A DNA stretch of 64,000 nucleotides. It comes from Macrostomum lignano. Taxonomy: Eukaryota. Below are positions 59,810 through 64,000 of the stretch, piece after piece. Below the pieces are notes generated by a model. That model searched no databases. It saw only the letters and a program-made list of their open reading frames with translations, and was not told the DNA's origin. Position 1 is the stretch's first letter. Each line of letters starts with the position of its first letter. Where the stretch lies: assembly GCA_002269645.1 (NCBI GenBank), contig NIVC01000731.1, forward strand, positions 62,001 through 126,000, given 5' to 3'. Position numbers and translations under genes: made by a program.

Positions 59810-61099
59810 ATGCAGACTGCAACCAATGGCAGCTGTGTGGTGAACAACACAGACAAGCCCATCCTGCTGCACAACTGCCACCCGGACATGCCCGAGTGGA
59901 CCTGCGTCCTGGCCAACCTGGGCGGCCTGACCAGCACGGCCATTTGGTTCCTCATCCTGCTGCCTCAGTTCTGGCGCAGCATCCGCCACAAGACGATGCA
60001 GGGCGTGTCATCGGCCTGGGCAATTTCCAACTTCACAGCGGCGCTGAACAACAGCTTCTTCGTGTTCAAGCTGACTGGCATGCCGCTGTACGCCTACATA
60101 TCGGCTGTGTACATGCCGGTGCTGGAGCTGGCGCTGCTGGGTCTGTTCTTCTACTTTGCACCGCGGACTCGCTTCAAGCTGATCGTGACGGCCGTCTGCG
60201 TTGTCGTGTGGGTGGTGCTGGTGTCGCTCCAGCTGGCCCTGTCGCTGCAGTTCTCCCAGTGGATGGAGTGGATCTCCATCACTCTATGGAGTGTTGAGAC
60301 TTTTCCGCAGGTTCGTTTCAAATTTTCAAGTGAGAATTTTTCTAGCCCAGCGGGTCAGCTCAAGTTAAGCAGAGTTGGTCGTGGTTAGTACACAGCTGAA
60401 TACAGTGATAGGATAGGACAGAAGCTCATTAGAAATACAGGTTGGTAACTGGAAGCCTTCCAATGCATCGGCTGTACATATTTTTTATGTTTTAGGGACC
60501 TGTCAAGACTGCTGTGCAATTATTTACCCATGAAATTGCAGGTTTTCCTGAACTCGCAGCGCCAGACCACCTACGGCCTGTCCAAGGTGATGGTTGCCAT
60601 GGGAGCGGTCGGCAAGACAACGGACTACCTAGGCCCGTACCTGCTGTGCATGCCGCTGCAGTACGCGGTGCTGGCCTTCTTCTCCAGCACGGTGTCCCAG
60701 ATCAGCAGCCTGCAGGTGCTGTGGTACTGGAACCGCGTGCCCGCCTCTGTGGCCGCCGGTCCGCTGCCATCGACTGCCGCCGACTCCGCCTCCGTGTCCG
60801 CCGAGTCGGTGGACGGCGGCGGGGCCGCTCCGATCGGTGACGACGACGGGCGGGTCGTGCAGCTGCCGATGACTCCGGGCTGCCAGGCGGCTCGCTGGCT
60901 CGGCATTTCGGCGCTGGTGACGGAGCTCGGCGCGTTCGCTGGCGCCTTCGTGTGGCGCACGGGCAGCTGGTGGGCGCTGGCCGCACCTCTGTGCACCTTC
61001 GCCGTGTGTGTGGCGGCCTGGTGCGCCTACCACCTGCGCAAGGCCGGGCCCGGCCGTCGGCGCCTGTTTCCTATTCTGTACAAGCCGGCTGATTCCTAA
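59810..61099 (+). CDS. PQ-loop repeat membrane transporter (PQLC2/cystinosin-like fold), 352 aa, 2 exons (59810-60310, 60542-61099)
   Basis: Two PQ motifs: LLPQFWRSIRHKTMQGVS and TFPQ|VFLNSQRQTTYGLS. Phase-0 GT-AG intron. Multiple TM helices. Confidence 0.88.
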
Positions 61100-61518
61100 A
61101 CGGTCACAAATTCGTTTCTATTTCGAGAGCGCAGACGCTTTTTTAGCGCAGTTTTTTACTCAATTTTTTTAATCATTTTTGTTGATATTTAAAAAACTGA
61201 ATCTAGTTTAAAACCGTAGCACCGGTCCGTAGCACAAATGCTATCTATATACTCTGTTTGTGATATTTAAATGGGTCATTTAGCAAATTTGCGCATAAGC
61301 TACTTTGTTCAGTAGACAGTTAAAATAGAAACATTTTATTGGCCCTCGACCCCCGCTACGCCGCTCAATTTTTATTGCCCTCCGGTGTTCCAGTTGTTAA
61401 CGTTTGCAAGTTAAACTGCCTTCTTTTAGAAAAAATAGCTTGCGAATTCTGCTTTGCTACTGTTTTAGTAAACCAAAAAGCCTGAGTGGCCCACTAGTTC
61501 CCAGTGAGCTCCGCGAAA

Positions 61519-61650
61519 CCCACAAACCCAAGGACACGCGCGAAGCGCGTGTCCTTGGGTTTGTGGGGTGAGCGGAGCGAACGCGCGAGGCACAAAGTGC
61601 CGAGCATGAGGAACAAACAGCCAGCCAATGCGCGAAGCGCATTGGGTGGT
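61519..61650. other. Cluster of perfect hairpins with GCGAAGC mini-loops
   Basis: 23-bp perfect stem 61519-61541/61545-61567 with a GAA loop. Second 9-bp stem CCAATGCGC-GAA-GCGCATTGG. Confidence 0.85.
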
Positions 61651-62671
61651 CTGGCTTGTGACGAATATAATAATATGAGACGTGTGCATCGAAAAAATGA
61701 CAAGAAAAATCTCACAAAAACTGCTGTAACTTCAAAACTACAAGTGCGAATTTCACAAGTGAGGTGTCATTTTAAAGAGAAGAATCTGATCTATTTAACG
61801 AGTATAGTTTTGTATGGATTCACTGCGGAGAAAAGGAACAGGCTTCAGTTGAAATGTTTGTCTTAAGATTATGTCTTTACAAAAGTGCATTTCCTCATGC
61901 ACATTAAAACTCGAGCTAAAAATGTTCGAGGGTTATAGGTGCACCTTACTAAGATGCATAACATTATTGGGTTGTTTTTTTCAATTGTATCAAAAAGTTG
62001 GCACTTTGGTTGCAAAAAATGCAAAAATTGAAAATGTACTTTTACAGTTTTTTGCATTTTTTTCTATACTGCTAATAGTTAAGCATACATACTATGCACC
62101 AATTGATGCGCAATTCAAAGATACACAAGTGTGGAAGTTTTCAATTCTTAAACATTTGAAATCAGAAAGTTATCGACGAAAGACTAAAAATCATGATCTC
62201 AAACTGATTTGAGGAAAAGTGCTCATTATAATTTTTGGAATATGGAAGAAACAATTCAACGCCGTCATCTAATTCCAAACTAACTGTACTTTAAGGTACT
62301 GCGATGATTTTTTTATTGAAAGAGCGAAACCTGTTTAAATATTTGAAAAAATGGAAAAAAAGTACCTTTTTTCATAGAAATACACTCTTTTGACTGCTTA
62401 ATCCGATTTCCAACAACAAAATAGTTGCTTTCCTGCTGGTGCAAACCGTTATTAGGGTGAATTTTCAAAATTGCATACTGTGCCAAAAGTAAACTGAAGC
62501 TTAATATTTATAAACATTAGAAACGGGACCACTAATGGGTATTTTACTTTGGTTACTTTCTATGGACTAAACTGGCACTGGCAGAGACAGATTTGAGAGA
62601 AACTAATTGCTCCATTGTATTTGTATTTGGCTCCAGCGTTACAAATTACAATAGCTATTTCGGGGTCTAAC

Positions 62672-63620
62672 TAGGGATTCCAATCCCGGGATCCCGGGAT
62701 CCCGGGATCCCGGGATCCCGGGATTGGGGCCAAAAATCCGGGATTTGAATCCCGGGATTTTTTTGGGAATCGAATCCCGGGATTTTTAATCCCGGGATTG
62801 CAAAAGACCGGGATCGGGATCCCGGGATTTCAAGGCCTTAATCCCGGGATTGGTCCGGGATTAGAACGACCTTTCAATGCCTAAATTAGATAATTTAAAG
62901 TCTAAACGTTTATTTGAATAATAAAACATTTATTTGTTTTTGCTGTTTCTCAATGAAACGTTAAACATTTGCAAAGCTCCTGTCTTAATTGAGCTAAAAA
63001 TTGTTAATGTGAACTGTAAATTATAGATAATTTTAACTTTTTTTTCGTTTTCTACCACGAGACGAGACTGAGGGCCTTTTCATATTGCTTGCTCTGGTTC
63101 CAGAACAAGAACCAATTTGTGAAGTATAAACTTTTTGTCTCCATAACTAGAGGGAGATACGTGCTATAAAGTTTTTATAATTGAATGACAGTCGCCAAGA
63201 AGAAAGTGAAAAATTGTGCTAAGTGAGGCTGTTAAGGCAGTCAAATATTAACAGAGTTTAATAGTTATACTGCTGTTTTTCTTGGAATTCCGAACCGATT
63301 CTGGTTCTGGAATTGGTAATATGAAAAGGCCCTGAGACTCTGAGAGTCGCGAGACCATGACTACTGCACGCGGCACGCCGCACAGTCCGTCTAGCAATTT
63401 AGGGATTCCAATCCCGGGATCCCGGGATCCCGGGATTGGGGCCAAAAATCCGGGATTTGAATCCCGGGATTTTTTTGGGAATCGAATCCCGGGATTTTTA
63501 ATCCCGGGATTGCAAAAGCACCGGGATTCCGGGATTTTGAATCCCGGGATTTCAACAGCATCGGGATTTCGGGACTATTCAATCCCGGGATTGTAAAATG
63601 TCGGGATTTTGGAATCCCTA
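62672..63620. mobile_element. Non-autonomous hAT element (949 bp) rich in ATCCCGGGAT subterminal repeats, with an internal second left end at 63400
   Basis: TIR TAGGGATTCCA/TGGAATCCCTA. 8-bp TSD GGTCTAAC at 62664-62671 and 63621-63628. Confidence 0.88.
63072..63332. mobile_element. Harbinger-like MITE nested in the hAT element
   Basis: 15-bp TIR GGGCCTTTTCATATT with 3-bp TSD TGA on both sides. Confidence 0.75.
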
Positions 63621-64000
63621 GGTCTAACCGGCTAAGTTATCAAAAAAGCTAGATACCAATCACCAGTTTCATCATCAGCTATACCTACCACGATTTTATA
63701 GTCACATGCAACAGTAATACCCTCCTTTAAAAGTTTTCAATATCTAAAATGATGTGTTAAATTTTATAAAATTTCATAAACAGTGAAATTTTAGCTGTTT
63801 ACGTGCTGGTGGTTTGAACGTAGCTACTTTGTGCGAAAATACACTGTCATTAATACCGTACCTATTATTGTATTTATTGTATTGAAAGTTGATGTGTAAA
63901 TTGTACTTTTCTATTTTTTTGTCATTCGTTATCGCACTCGGGCCGGCCTGCCTGCCTTGTGGGGTGTGGTGGCCTTGGCCACTTTCTCCCCCTTCTGCTA

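Overview
This is a eukaryotic (metazoan) genomic window. It has short GC-rich spliceosomal exons, introns filled with minisatellites, and AT-rich CpG-poor intergenic blocks. The style resembles the flatworm Macrostomum, but that is an impression I cannot verify. Most long entries in the ORF track are translations of tandem repeats. I reconstructed four spliced genes by hand from GT-AG junctions and phase continuity: a claudin-like tetraspan gene (minus, 8890-11009), an orphan type I membrane protein (plus, 13424-17075), a ~800-aa tyrosine-motif-rich single-pass adaptor-like protein (minus, 19415-33260) and a PQ-loop transporter (plus, 59810-61099). One further probable terminal exon lies at 6855-7427. 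The interval 38-58 kb is a transposon cluster. It contains a near-intact Ingi-like non-LTR element (PHD-APE-RT-RNaseH) with a 2A/StopGo peptide and a candidate 5' HDV-like ribozyme, a second 5'-truncated non-LTR copy, a Chapaev (RAG1/Transib-related) DNA transposon with a 4-bp TSD, four diverged ~1-kb Gypsy-type LTRs (three stacked or nested at 53-58 kb) with tRNA-Leu PBSs, and several MITEs. The most unusual signals are: (i) the ribozyme, AUG-less leader and 2A architecture; (ii) intronic minisatellites that copy their own splice junction with GT/AG disabled, plus a probable exon hidden inside one array; (iii) a hairpin plus second PBS-like motif conserved inside all four LTRs; (iv) the PAG/LAT-like adaptor. 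All coordinates were read by eye, and repeat boundaries are approximate.
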